Source: an uncultured Ruminococcus sp.
GTDB taxonomy: Bacteria > Bacillota > Clostridia > Oscillospirales > CAG-272
DNA length: 64,000 nt
Assembly: GCA_964623635.1 (NCBI GenBank)
Contig: CAZUUA010000001.1
Span: 35,452 to 99,451 of the forward strand
Reading direction: 5' to 3'
This document shows positions 53,215-63,800 of this stretch, in pieces. Below the pieces are notes generated by a model. That model worked only from the letters and a program-made list of their open reading frames with translations, was not told the origin of the DNA and ran no database searches. Within the stretch, counting starts at the first letter, position 1. Every line of letters begins with the position of its first letter. The position numbers were made by a program, and so were the translations under genes.

Positions 53215-55199
53215 CCATCACCATCGCCAAGGAAGCCGGCTTTTGTCCCGGTGTGCGCCGTGCGGCCGATACGGTGGAGAAGATCCTGCGGGAAGCTGAG
53301 CCCGATCGCCATGTGTACACCTTAGGTCGCCTGATCCACAACGATGGCTATTGTGCACACCTGGAAAGCTTAGGCTGCGGTGTCATCGGTCGAGAGGATG
53401 TGGACGATGTGATCCGGCGTGCGGAGAACGGAGAAAAGATCACTGTGGTCATTCGGGCCCACGGAGAGCTGCAGCCGATCTTGGACAGCCTCAGTGCCTG
53501 TGCTGCGGCAAACGAAGACTTCACGCTGGTCAATTGCACCTGCCCCTATGTGGAGCGAGTACGGCAGATCGCACGGGAAAACTCCGGTCCCGATCGCCTT
53601 TTTGCCCTTCTGGGAGCCGCCGATCACCCCGAAGTGGAGGGGATCATGAGCTGCGTACGGGGGCCGGGCGTGGTTTTTGGCTCCGCAGACGAACTCGATT
53701 TGTGGATAATGACGAATTCCTCTGTGCAAGATGTCCTAAAATATGGGTCAATAGCTGTGCAAACTACACAGAAATGTACAGAATGGAAAAAAACTATAAA
53801 AAATTTCAAAAAGCTATATACAAACGCAGAAATTTTTGATACAATATGTAGTGTGACTGAAAACAGGCAAAAAGAAGCTGTAGGGCTTGCCAAGCAGTCT
53901 GACATGGTGGTGGTCATCGGTTCACCCACCAGCTCCAACTCACGGAAGCTGGCGCAGGTCTGCCGGGAATATTGCCGGACAGTGCTGTTTGTAGACGGCT
54001 CCGGGTCTCTTCGGGAAAATATGCATCCCGGGCCCTATCATAAAGTTGCAATAACTGCCGGTGCATCGACGCCGGACAGTGTAATACAGGAGGTATATGA
54101 AACCATGAATGAGCACGAAAACTTTGCTGAAATGCTCGAAGCATCCATCAAAACTTTAAATACAGGAGACATCGTAGAGGGTGTAGTCATTGCCGTATCG
54201 AACAATGAGATCCATCTGGACCTGGGTTCCAAGGCTACGGGCGTGCTGACCCATGACAAGGCCACCGACGATCCTTCCGCTAAGCTGGAAGACCTGTACA
54301 AGATCGGCGACGTGGTAAAGGCCAAGGTCGTTAAGGTATCCGACATCGATGGTCTGGCTACTCTGGACAAGACCCGTGTGGACGCTGAATCCAACTGGAT
54401 CGCGATCCTGAACGCCTTTGAGACCGGCGAGGTCATGGAAGGTAAGATCGTGGACGTGGTAAAGGGTGGTGTGATCATCTCCCTGAACGCCGTTCGCGTA
54501 TTCATTCCCGCATCCCAGACCGGTATCCCGAAGGATGGCGACCTGTCCGTTCTGCTGAACACCGACCAGAAGGTCCGCATCATCGAAGTAAAGCCGGAGC
54601 GTAAGAGAGCATATGCTTCCATCCGTTCCGTACTGCGGGAAGAAAGAAAGGCCAGAGAGGCTGCTTTCTGGGCTTCCATCGAAGAAGGCAAGGAATACGA
54701 CGGCGAAGTAAAGAGCCTGACTTCCTTTGGTGCTTTCGTGGATCTGGGTGGCGTAGACGGTATGGTACATACCTCTGAGCTGTCCTGGAAGCGGATCCGT
54801 CATCCCAGCGAAGTGGTTTCCGTTGGTGACAAGATCCACGTATACGTGAAGTCCTTCGACCAGGAAAAGGGTCGTATTTCCCTGGGCTACAAGACCGAGG
54901 AAATGAACCCCTGGAACATCTTCGTGAACCAGTACCAGGTTGGCGACGTGGTGGAATGCCGCATCGTAAGCCTGATGCCCTTTGGTGCCTTTGCTGAGAT
55001 CGTTCCCGGCTGCGACGGTCTGATCCACATCAGCGAGATCGCCGACCATCGGATCGCTAAGCCCGAAGAGGTTCTGGAAGTTGGTCAGGTAGTGAACGCA
55101 CAGATCACCGCCATCGACCTGGACAACCGTCGGATCAGCCTGTCCATCCGTGCCCTGCTGGAAAACGAAGCTGACGACAACTACGACGACGCTGAATAA
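53211..55199 (+). CDS. ispH: Bifunctional 4-hydroxy-3-methylbut-2-enyl diphosphate reductase / ribosomal protein S1-domain protein
   Basis: Start at MTITIAKEAGFCPGVRRA, overlapping the plsC stop by 4 nt (ATGA). The IspH motifs are GFCPGV, VAVQTTQ and DTIC. Four S1 domains follow. Confidence 0.9.
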   Translation: MTITIAKEAGFCPGVRRAADTVEKILREAEPDRHVYTLGRLIHNDGYCAHLESLGCGVIGREDVDDVIRRAENGEKITVVIRAHGELQPILDSLSACAAANEDFTLVNCTCPYVERVRQIARENSGPDRLFALLGAADHPEVEGIMSCVRGPGVVFGSADELDLWIMTNSSVQDVLKYGSIAVQTTQKCTEWKKTIKNFKKLYTNAEIFDTICSVTENRQKEAVGLAKQSDMVVVIGSPTSSNSRKLAQVCREYCRTVLFVDGSGSLRENMHPGPYHKVAITAGASTPDSVIQEVYETMNEHENFAEMLEASIKTLNTGDIVEGVVIAVSNNEIHLDLGSKATGVLTHDKATDDPSAKLEDLYKIGDVVKAKVVKVSDIDGLATLDKTRVDAESNWIAILNAFETGEVMEGKIVDVVKGGVIISLNAVRVFIPASQTGIPKDGDLSVLLNTDQKVRIIEVKPERKRAYASIRSVLREERKAREAAFWASIEEGKEYDGEVKSLTSFGAFVDLGGVDGMVHTSELSWKRIRHPSEVVSVGDKIHVYVKSFDQEKGRISLGYKTEEMNPWNIFVNQYQVGDVVECRIVSLMPFGAFAEIVPGCDGLIHISEIADHRIAKPEEVLEVGQVVNAQITAIDLDNRRISLSIRALLENEADDNYDDAE

Positions 55200-55311
55200 T
55201 CGCTGCCGTACATAACGCAAGACAAATATGGTGGAGGGAATGGCCGGAGCTGGTCATACCCTCCGCTTTTTGTTTGTTTTTGCAAAATCCAATTTGTTGT
55301 GAGGCTATTTC

Positions 55312-56127
55312 GTGAAACATAACATGAAAAGGCTGTATGCGCTTTTGCTGTGCGGTGTGGTGCTCTTCGGCTGTGCCCCTGCTGTACCGGCGGAGACGTG
55401 GTCGGTCCCTGCAGACCAAAGTGCCCTACAGGAGGACATCCGCTACATCATCCACGCTGCCGGTGACATCGATGGCATGGCAGGCTCCAATAGTTTCGAA
55501 GCGCTGGAGCTAACCTACGACGCCGGGTGCCGGTACGTGGAGATCGATTTCCAGTTCACCGCCGACGGAGAGCTGGCCTGCATCCACGACTGGTACCGGC
55601 AGTATACCGCAGCGATCCCGGCAGACGGCACGGCACTGACCCTGGCAGAGTTCCAGGCTTGCCGGATCTACGACCGGTACACGCCGCTTTGGCTGGATTC
55701 CCTGGCCGACTACATGACAGACCACCCGGATCTGTATATCGTCACGGACATCAAGGATCGGAATACCGAAGGAGCCGCCAAGATCGCCGCCGACTATCCG
55801 GAGCTCATCGACCGGTTCATCATCCAGATCTACGACAGCAGCGAATACGAAGCCGTCCGGGAAGCAGGCTTTGGGCATATCATCTACACCCTGTATCGCT
55901 TAGACTGGAACAGCAAGACCGACACCAAGGCATTGACCGCCTTTGCCCAGACCCATCCGCTGCTGGGCTACACCTTTGCCTACGAGCTGTGCGACGTGGA
56001 CGGCTACGTGGAGGGAATGCTGGGTTCCGGCGTGCCGCTGTACGTGCATACGGTCAACGGCGCCGAGGCGCAGCAGGTGTACTTCGACATGGGGATAGCG
56101 GGTGTGTATACGGATGAAAGACGATGA
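55312..56127 (+). CDS. Glycerophosphodiester phosphodiesterase family protein (secreted)
   Basis: It has a signal peptide and the GDPD-like motifs IIHAAG and YVEIDFQFTADGELACIHDW. The start is GTG 55312 (GAGG RBS) or ATG 55324. Confidence 0.75.
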   Translation: MKHNMKRLYALLLCGVVLFGCAPAVPAETWSVPADQSALQEDIRYIIHAAGDIDGMAGSNSFEALELTYDAGCRYVEIDFQFTADGELACIHDWYRQYTAAIPADGTALTLAEFQACRIYDRYTPLWLDSLADYMTDHPDLYIVTDIKDRNTEGAAKIAADYPELIDRFIIQIYDSSEYEAVREAGFGHIIYTLYRLDWNSKTDTKALTAFAQTHPLLGYTFAYELCDVDGYVEGMLGSGVPLYVHTVNGAEAQQVYFDMGIAGVYTDERR

Positions 56128-56230
56128 GAGTGTGGGCAGAATGTAAAAAAAATCGGAATTTTTTTGTATTCCTATTGACAAAATAGAGGTAGATGTAATA
56201 CAATGTATTATACAAAAGGAGGTGCTGTAT

Positions 56231-56452
56231 ATGACCATATCTATGCGACTGAATGATGCGGAAGCGGACCTGATCCGGCATTATGCGAAAATGTGTGGGA
56301 TCAGCGTATCGGAGCTACTGCGCCGGTCGGTGCTGGAACGGATCGAGGACGAATATGATCTTGCTGCGTACGAAAAAGCAATGGCAGCCTTCCGGGAAGA
56401 TCCTACCACCTACACCTTAGACGAAGCCGAACGGGAACTTGGGCTCTCATGA
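56231..56452 (+). CDS. Type II antitoxin, ribbon-helix-helix (RelB/DinJ/CopG-like)
   Basis: The ATG follows AGGAGG. The sequence is MTISMRLNDAEADLIRHYAKMCGISVSELLRRSVLERIEDEYD. Its stop overlaps the toxin start by 4 nt. Confidence 0.8.
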   Translation: MTISMRLNDAEADLIRHYAKMCGISVSELLRRSVLERIEDEYDLAAYEKAMAAFREDPTTYTLDEAERELGLS

Positions 56453-56700
56453 AGTGGCAGGTCGTCTTATCCAAAGAGGCGATGAAGCAGCTGAAGAAAA
56501 TGGACGCATACACGGCGGCACTGCTCACCGGCTGGATGCGGAAAAATCTGGAAGGCTGCGAGGATCCAAGGCTCCATGGGAAAGCGTTGACGGCCAATCG
56601 GGTCGGGCAATGGCGGTACCGGGTAGGCGATTACCGGATCTTGGCAGAGCTGCAGGACGAACGTGTTATCATCCTTGTTATTTCCGTTGGCCATCGCTGA
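56449..56700 (+). CDS. relE: Type II toxin, RelE/ParE superfamily mRNA interferase
   Basis: 83 aa, with ...GKALTANRVGQWRYRVGDYRILAELQDERVIILVISVGHR, the typical RelE/StbE C-terminus. Confidence 0.85.
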   Translation: MKWQVVLSKEAMKQLKKMDAYTAALLTGWMRKNLEGCEDPRLHGKALTANRVGQWRYRVGDYRILAELQDERVIILVISVGHR

Positions 56701-56774
56701 GAAATCTATGACAGTTAAAAATCGCAGGATCCTATGGAATATAGGGTCTCATTTTTCCAAAAGGAGAATACATT

Positions 56775-58514
56775 ATGACAAACATTCCTCGTCCAGAATA
56801 TCCCAGACCGACACTGGTTCGGGAAGACAACTGGCTCAACCTGAACGGCAAGTGGGCCTTTGCCTTTGACTTCGGGAACTCCGGCAGAGAACGGAAAATG
56901 TGGGAAGCACCCGCCGAAGCCTACACCCATGAGATCAACGTGCCCTTCGTACCGGAATCCAAGCTGTCCGGCATCGAATATGTGGACTTCATCGCCGCCT
57001 GCTGGTACCGCCGTACCGTGACCCTGCCGGAAAACTGGTGCAAGTGCTGCGGTCGTATCCTGCTGCACTTCGGTGCCGTGGACTATTACAGTGAAGTGTT
57101 CGTGAATGGCAAGAAGGTAGGCGACCATACCGGCGGCTACACACCCTTTGTGTTCGACGTGACCGACGCTGTTCAGGCTGGCGAAAACACCATTGCTGTG
57201 TTTGCCGAAGACAATGGTCGCAGCTCTCTGCAGCCCACCGGTAAGCAGGTATACTACAGCTACTACAACAGTGGCTGCAGCTACACCCGTTGCACCGGTA
57301 TCTGGCAGACCGTCTGGATGGAATATGTGCCCAACAGCTACATCAAGAACCTGAAGATCACACCCGACATTTGGAACGAAGAAGTGGAGATCCTTGTTTC
57401 CCTGGAAGGCAAGTCCTGCGACATCGACGAAGTGACTGCCTGCGTTTCCTTTGCCGGTGAAAAGGTGACCTGCGGCAAGGCCAAGGTTTCCGGCAAGCAC
57501 GCCAAGCTGCACCTGTCCATTCCGGATCCCAAGCTGTGGGGTGTGGGTGAGCCCAACCTGTACGACCTGACCGTGACGGCCGGCAAGGACACTGTGCAGA
57601 GCTACTTTGGTATGCGTGACGTGCGTGTCAACGGCTACGCCATCGAGATCAACGGCAAACCTGTATACCAGAGACTGGTGCTGGACCAGGGCTACTACCC
57701 GGACGGCATCTACACCGCTCCCACCGACGAAGACCTGAAGAAGGACGTAGAAATGTCCATGGCAGTGGGCTTCAACGGGGCCAGACTGCACATGAAGGTC
57801 TTCGAACCCAGACTGCTGTACCACGCTGACCACGCCGGGTACCTGCTGTGGGGCGAATTCCCCAACTGGGGTCTGGACGAATCCAATCCGGCCTCTCTGC
57901 TGTCCATCCTGCCTGAATGGCTGTGTGAGATGGAAAGAGACTACAACCATCCTGCCATCGTGGGCTGGTGTCCCTTCAACGAGACCGGTGTGAACCGGAA
58001 CTTCCGGGTATTCACCACCGTATACGATGCGACCCGTGCCATCGATCCCATGCGTCCCATCATCGACTCCTCCGGATACGTACACGCCCGCACCGACATC
58101 TTTGACGTACACGACTACGAACAGGATCCTGCCAAGCTGGAAGAACACCATCGTGGTCTGGCCACCGGCGAAGGTCCTGCTTGGGAAAACTTCCCCGGCA
58201 AGGAGACCCCGTACATCGAAGGGCAGCCTTACTTTGTATCCGAGTTCGGCGGCATCTACTGGAACCTGGACGAGGGCAAGGAAGCGGCCTGGGGCTACGG
58301 TACCGCACCCAAGACTTTGGAAGAATACTACCAGCGGTTCGAAGGCCTGACCAAGGTACTGCTGGACAACCCCAAGATGTGTGCTTACTGCTTCACCCAG
58401 CTCACCGACGTATACCAGGAAAAGAACGGTATCTACGCCTTTGACAGACGGGTTAAGTTTGACGCAGACAGACTGAAGGCTGCACAGACTCGCACGGCTG
58501 CTATCGAAAAGTAA
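56775..58514 (+). CDS. Glycoside hydrolase family 2-like protein
   Basis: AAAGGAGA RBS. It has the GH2 sugar-binding N-domain and a TIM-barrel region (NGARLHMKVFEP, WCPFNE). Confidence 0.8.
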   Translation: MTNIPRPEYPRPTLVREDNWLNLNGKWAFAFDFGNSGRERKMWEAPAEAYTHEINVPFVPESKLSGIEYVDFIAACWYRRTVTLPENWCKCCGRILLHFGAVDYYSEVFVNGKKVGDHTGGYTPFVFDVTDAVQAGENTIAVFAEDNGRSSLQPTGKQVYYSYYNSGCSYTRCTGIWQTVWMEYVPNSYIKNLKITPDIWNEEVEILVSLEGKSCDIDEVTACVSFAGEKVTCGKAKVSGKHAKLHLSIPDPKLWGVGEPNLYDLTVTAGKDTVQSYFGMRDVRVNGYAIEINGKPVYQRLVLDQGYYPDGIYTAPTDEDLKKDVEMSMAVGFNGARLHMKVFEPRLLYHADHAGYLLWGEFPNWGLDESNPASLLSILPEWLCEMERDYNHPAIVGWCPFNETGVNRNFRVFTTVYDATRAIDPMRPIIDSSGYVHARTDIFDVHDYEQDPAKLEEHHRGLATGEGPAWENFPGKETPYIEGQPYFVSEFGGIYWNLDEGKEAAWGYGTAPKTLEEYYQRFEGLTKVLLDNPKMCAYCFTQLTDVYQEKNGIYAFDRRVKFDADRLKAAQTRTAAIEK

Positions 58515-58527
58515 ATAAAATGCAAAA

Positions 58528-58576
58528 GCTCCACAGTTGACGAAGATTTTCCCGACTGTGGAGCATTTGCTTTTTT
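58528..58576 (+). terminator. Rho-independent terminator after the GH2 gene
   Basis: GCTCCACAG...CTGTGGAGC, followed by ATTTGCTTTTTT. Confidence 0.75.
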
Positions 58577-58810
58577 ACATACGTGATCGATGTAGACGCA
58601 GGAGAGTGGGAGAAGCTGGATGTGCGGTACGCAGGAGAACCGGTGATCTTAGAGAACTTTATCTACCAGTGAAAAACAGTATCTATGTTCTATTGCTGTA
58701 AAACACACCATTTTCTGGGAATCAATTCGGTATTTTCCACAAATCCCATTCATCTTTGCCGGTTCGTTCAAGAAATTGCAAAAAAATCCGGGAAATCTTG
58801 CCGTTGCCTC

Positions 58811-58839
58811 TTGACGTAAGCAAGGTTTTGGCGTATAAT
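58811..58839 (+). promoter_or_regulatory. Sigma-A type promoter of the wall-hydrolase gene
   Basis: TTGACG (58811-58816), a 17-bp spacer, then TATAAT (58834-58839). Confidence 0.6.
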
Positions 58840-58971
58840 AGTACACGGAAAGCTGACGCTGTGCCTATCAAATGGGATCGGCGTTTGCGTTGAAAGCCGG
58901 GACACACTGCCCGGTTTTGTCAAGTACATATAAGGCAACACGGATGTAGATCGATCGGCGTTGCCTTAAGA

Positions 58972-60744
58972 ATGGGATACAAACGAATGCATTTGTTTCA
59001 TAAAAATAATGGTATGTGTCATACGGGTATGAAGTGGATCGCCGGCACCTTGATGAGTGTGCTGCTTATGCTGCCTACGCTGGCGGCCGACGTGGCACCT
59101 CTTGTGGATTCTGCGTCTCTGCTGCGTGGTCAGTTGGCACAGACCACCATCGGCACCGGTATCCGCTCCGGTTGTGCGCTGGGAGAAGACGATGCTGCTC
59201 TGCGGCTGTACTATCTGGATATGCTCACCGGTACCGGTACGGGCAAGGACGGCAGTGTTACCTTCGACCTGCAGCGAGACCTGACCCGGCTGGAAGGTGC
59301 GGTCATGGCAGTGCGGCTCATGGGCATGGAGGACACAGCTTTGTCCGGCACCTACAGCCATCCGTATACGGACGTGCCGGAATGGGCCAGTGGCTACGTG
59401 GGCTACCTCTATAGCTGTGGGCTTTTGGAAACCTCCGCTTTGGGTACATTCAAGCCCCAGTCGCCGGCGTCCGTGGAGACCTTCATGAGCTGGATGCTGT
59501 ATGCACTGGGCTTCCGCATGGGAGACGGGGACTACAACCTGCTCAATGCGGCAGAGAAGGCACGATTTGCCGGGATTTGCGTCACCGATGCGGACGAACC
59601 CCTGACCAGAGGAGACGCAGTGGTGGCCATGTACAATACCCTCCGTGCCAACGTGAAGGGCTCTACCCAGATGCTCTCCGAGGTACAGGTGGCCGGTGGC
59701 AAGCTGGCCTATACCGATGCGGTGTTCCTGCTGTGGTCCGCAAACAAAGCGGAGACCAAGACCTATCTGGATGCCGTGGGCTATTCGGCAGAATGGATCG
59801 TGCCGGATGGATATTATACCATTCGCATGGGTGGCGGCAGTGGACTGGTCATGAACGTGCTGGCTGACGGACCCAATCGGGATTACGAGGGTCTTGGCGT
59901 GTGTACCTGGCAGGAGACCGGGGATATCAGCCAATCCTATCGCCTGGAACGGACAGAGCGTGGTACCTATCTGGTGTATGCGGCCTGTAGCCATGGTGGC
60001 TTCTTCCGGCTGCTGGGACAGGCAAACAGCGGCAACACCATTGGCGTGTATCGTGCCACCTCCCGGAATGCACTGGAATTCACCATCCGCCACAGCGACG
60101 ACGGTACCTGGCAGTTTGTGACCCGTGACAAAAATGGTGCCGAAATGTACCTGACCGGCGGCAGTGCCGGCAGCAGTCTGCGGTTGACAGCCGATGGAAC
60201 GACCGCTTGGACCCTGGAACGACAGGGCATCACCAACAGTGCCGGACAGGATCTGGCGCTGTTCCCGGCAAGCTCCATGCGTGTGACCCAGGGTGCCTAT
60301 GACGACTTCTCCCATATGGCACAGAATGCACTGGATATCCAGCCCACCGGCGGTATGGCCTTTGCCCCGTTCAATGCGCAGATCGTGCGGAAGGACGTAG
60401 GTGAGGTTCTTTGCAACGGCGTCTGGATCCAGTCTGCGGACAAGGTGCGGTATGCGGACGGCAGCTACGATTATATGACAGTGCTGTTCATGCACGACGA
60501 CAACATCGACAACCTGACCGTGGGACAAATGCTGACCCAGGGCGAATACTTCTACCAAAGCGGCACCACCGGCAACTCCTCCGGCGCCCACATCCACGTG
60601 GCAGTCTACCGGGGACAGTACAACGAGGAGATGCACTTTGGCTCCGGCAACGTGGACGTTGAGAATGCCTTCTTCGTCATGGACGACACCATCATCCACG
60701 AAGACTACGACCTGGATTGGGTATTTGTATCGGATGTGGATTGA
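58972..60744 (+). CDS. Secreted cell-wall protein: SLH-like repeat(s) + ricin-type beta-trefoil-like region + C-terminal M23 peptidase domain
   Basis: It has a signal peptide (MKWIAGTLMSVLLMLPTLAA) and an SLH-like YTDVPEWASGYVGYLYSCGLL. The M23-like motifs are FSHMAQNALD and GNSSGAHIHVAVY. The start is uncertain (58972, 58987 or 59029). Confidence 0.7.
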   Translation: MGYKRMHLFHKNNGMCHTGMKWIAGTLMSVLLMLPTLAADVAPLVDSASLLRGQLAQTTIGTGIRSGCALGEDDAALRLYYLDMLTGTGTGKDGSVTFDLQRDLTRLEGAVMAVRLMGMEDTALSGTYSHPYTDVPEWASGYVGYLYSCGLLETSALGTFKPQSPASVETFMSWMLYALGFRMGDGDYNLLNAAEKARFAGICVTDADEPLTRGDAVVAMYNTLRANVKGSTQMLSEVQVAGGKLAYTDAVFLLWSANKAETKTYLDAVGYSAEWIVPDGYYTIRMGGGSGLVMNVLADGPNRDYEGLGVCTWQETGDISQSYRLERTERGTYLVYAACSHGGFFRLLGQANSGNTIGVYRATSRNALEFTIRHSDDGTWQFVTRDKNGAEMYLTGGSAGSSLRLTADGTTAWTLERQGITNSAGQDLALFPASSMRVTQGAYDDFSHMAQNALDIQPTGGMAFAPFNAQIVRKDVGEVLCNGVWIQSADKVRYADGSYDYMTVLFMHDDNIDNLTVGQMLTQGEYFYQSGTTGNSSGAHIHVAVYRGQYNEEMHFGSGNVDVENAFFVMDDTIIHEDYDLDWVFVSDVD

Positions 60745-60805
60745 CGGAGTGAGAATACCATGCAGCTGCGCATTTCTCAAAGTTTTATGCGACCATAGAG
60801 ACAAT

Positions 60806-60848
60806 AAAAGAACACTGTATTTCCCAAAAAGGATACAGTGTTCTTTTT
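60806..60848. terminator. Bidirectional terminator between the convergent wall-hydrolase and addA genes
   Basis: AAAAGAACACTGTAT...ATACAGTGTTCTTTTT. Confidence 0.8.
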
Positions 60849-60880
60849 CAATGCCACCTTAATCAGCGTTGACTTATTTT

Positions 60881-63800
60881 TCATTCGTCCATGCAGATCT
60901 CTTCTCCCAGCACCGTACTGTACAGCAGCGCCTTGTGGATCGTCTCGCCAAAGAGTCGGCTGCAGATCTCCCGGTAAAGCGAAAGCTGGTCGCCGTGCCG
61001 GGTGAGAAACTGGGTCTTGGCAACGGCAGGGTCCCGTCGGGCTTCGGCTGTGGGACGATCCGTCTTGTAGTCCACCAGGGTTAGCGTGCCGTCCGGTTCT
61101 CGAAATACGCAGTCCACCACACCCTGTACAATGAGCTGTACGTCCTCCGCAGCCAGCTTTTCCCGCAGTACCGGATCGTTTGTGAACCGACTGGCCGGTA
61201 GTGGCGCATTGAACCGGAATTCCCGGTGGCACATAGAAGAAGCGCACATACGCCGAAACAGATCGCTTTCCCGGAACCGCTGGATGTGGGTCACATAGAC
61301 ACCGCCGGCGGTTTTTTCGTCTAAGAAATGCTGCTCCACCAGCCGTGTCAGCTCTGCCTGTACCCCATCCTTTGCCAGCCGGTGCAGATCCATGAACTGC
61401 AGAAACTGATGGGTCGCAGTCCCTCGCTGGGCTGAGGTCAAGGGTGCGTCTCCCTGCAATAGAAAGTGGGGCAGTGGCATGGTCTCCATGGGGGCTTCTT
61501 CGGCATCGTCATCGTGTGACCTTGCCACCTCGTCCTCCTCCGCTACAGGCAGGGTGTCGCTGTCCAGGATTCCCGGATGCAGCTGAGACACGGACAGCTT
61601 TGTTGGGATCCCGGCCAGATGGGTGTAGGCATATCGGAAGGACAGGTTTTCCGCAAGCAGGCTTTCCCAATCTGCCGCCGGTGCTTCTGCCGATTCGGAC
61701 ACGTTCTCCGGTTCCTGCACAGCTGTGTCGGCGGTCGTGGCAGATACGGTCACAAAACGACAGCACGGGTCGGGTCCATGGAGCAGTGCGGCTGTGGCGA
61801 TCCACTCCAGATAGGTGCGGTTTCCCGTGACGCTGTAGGGTGACGGATAGTCTGCCATCAAACGACAGTCTGCCAAAAACTTCTCCGCATCCTTCACTTT
61901 GCCGGTGACGATCAGCCGGTTCCGGGCACGGGTCAATGCCACGTACACAACACGCATTTCCTCTTCCACGGATTCCAGCCGCTTCTTTTCGCCAATGGCA
62001 GAACGCAGCGCCGTACCGCATCGGGCATAGCCACCTTTGTCCGGCAAACGCATCCCAAAGCCCAGATCCACGTCGTATAGGATGTCACCCATTTCGTCCC
62101 GGCTGTTGCGGCGCTTGGAGCAGGACGACACAAAGACCACGGGAAATTCCAGTCCCTTCGACCGATGGATGGACAAAATATGCACCGCCGGTATGCTGCT
62201 GTCTTCGCCGTTTTGTCCCTGTGCCTTGGCCTGTAGCTCCTCGGTGTAGGTGAGAAAACCGCCCACACCGCCAAAGGCACCGGATTCATAGCGCCTTGCC
62301 AGATCGTATAAGGCTTCCAAATTGGCTTTTTCCACAGGATCGTTTTGTACCTCCGGCAGCTCGAACAGGGCATACTCCCGGCATAGAGTATCCAAAAACC
62401 GATCGGCACGCATCCCATGGGCCATCTCTCGCAGTTCCCGGACAGCTTTGTGGAACACACGACACTTTTCCACAAGTTCCGGCGGCAGCAAATCGGACAT
62501 AACAGGGTTTTCAACAGGATCTGGTGAGTTATCCTCGTCTGATGGCCCATTATCCAACGCAAATTCGTTGTTTTCCACAGGAGTTTTCCACTTTTCCACA
62601 GGAACATCGGCGGTCGTGGAGTCCTGTTCGGCGTCTTCCATCGCTGCTTCGTCTGTGGGAATGGACACATCCACACCGGCTGCCAGCTCTACCAGCGTGA
62701 ATAGGGGCATATCTCCATCCCAGCTGTACCGGGCAGACAGCAGCTTCCGACCCTTGTCCCGCAGCAGCACCAGCTCATGGGTGGTAAAGCCAAACAGCGG
62801 CGAATGCATGGCACCGGCTACGGGAATGTCGTACAGGGGATTGTCCGCCACGTGGAGCAGACACATGGTCAGCTGTACCACCGGGGACGCAAAGAGCAGC
62901 GTTCCGCCGGGTAGCTGTACCGGGATACCACGCTTGGCAAGGGCATGGGCATAGGCAGCACCGTTGGTATCAGGACTGCGCAGAAGAATGGCAAAATCGG
63001 CCGGTGTCAGGGGACGATCGTCTACGGTCTCCGTACGAAGCAGCTGTGCGATCCGCTCTGCCACGTATTCGGCTTCCGGGTCGTCGTCGGTGGCCTCCTT
63101 GTCCTCCTCGTCATCGGCCGACGGCTTTTCCACCAGCACGATCTCTGCCGGAACAGAACCGCCGCTGCCTTTGCCGAACACCAAGGCATCCTCCGGGGTG
63201 TAGGGCATGGCAGAGCAGGGAAAGAGCAGCTCGGACACCAGATTGACAAAATCCACCACCGGCTTGTCACAGCGGAAATTCTCCGACATGAACAGGCAAT
63301 GCCCCGTATCCGGATCAAAGGCTTCCATATTGGAACGCTTGGTTTCCGTGTCGTTGGCAGTGTCGGCCGTCTGTGGCATCTGGGTGGGCCAGCACATCCG
63401 GTAGCGGGCAAACACAGAGGGCTCAGCGCCACGGAACCGATAAATGGACTGCTTGCTGTCTCCCACCAGAAAACGAGGGCTCTCTCCTGCCAGCGCACGG
63501 AAGATGGCGTCCTGTACCCGGTTGGTGTCCTGGTATTCGTCAACGAAAATATAGGAGAACTGCCTGCCCACCTCCTTGGCGGTCTCCGTCGGCTGTCCGT
63601 TTTCGTCCAGAAACAGCCGCAGTGCCAACGATTCCAGGTCGGCGTAATCCAGCAAAGACCGGCTCATTTTCCGGGCACGAAAGGCGTCGGCGTAGGCAGA
63701 GAGCACCTTGGCCGTGGTGGAAAGCAGCTCTGCCGTCCGGGCAATGGCTTCGGTGACCAGCTCCGGTGGGTCGGAGAAAAAGCTATCGTACAGCCGGGGA

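Noticed and set aside
56231-56700. The relBE-like pair as a novel system.
   Set aside because: It has the canonical type II TA architecture: an RHH antitoxin, a 4-nt overlap and a RelE-fold toxin with a typical C-terminus. I report it as a feature only.
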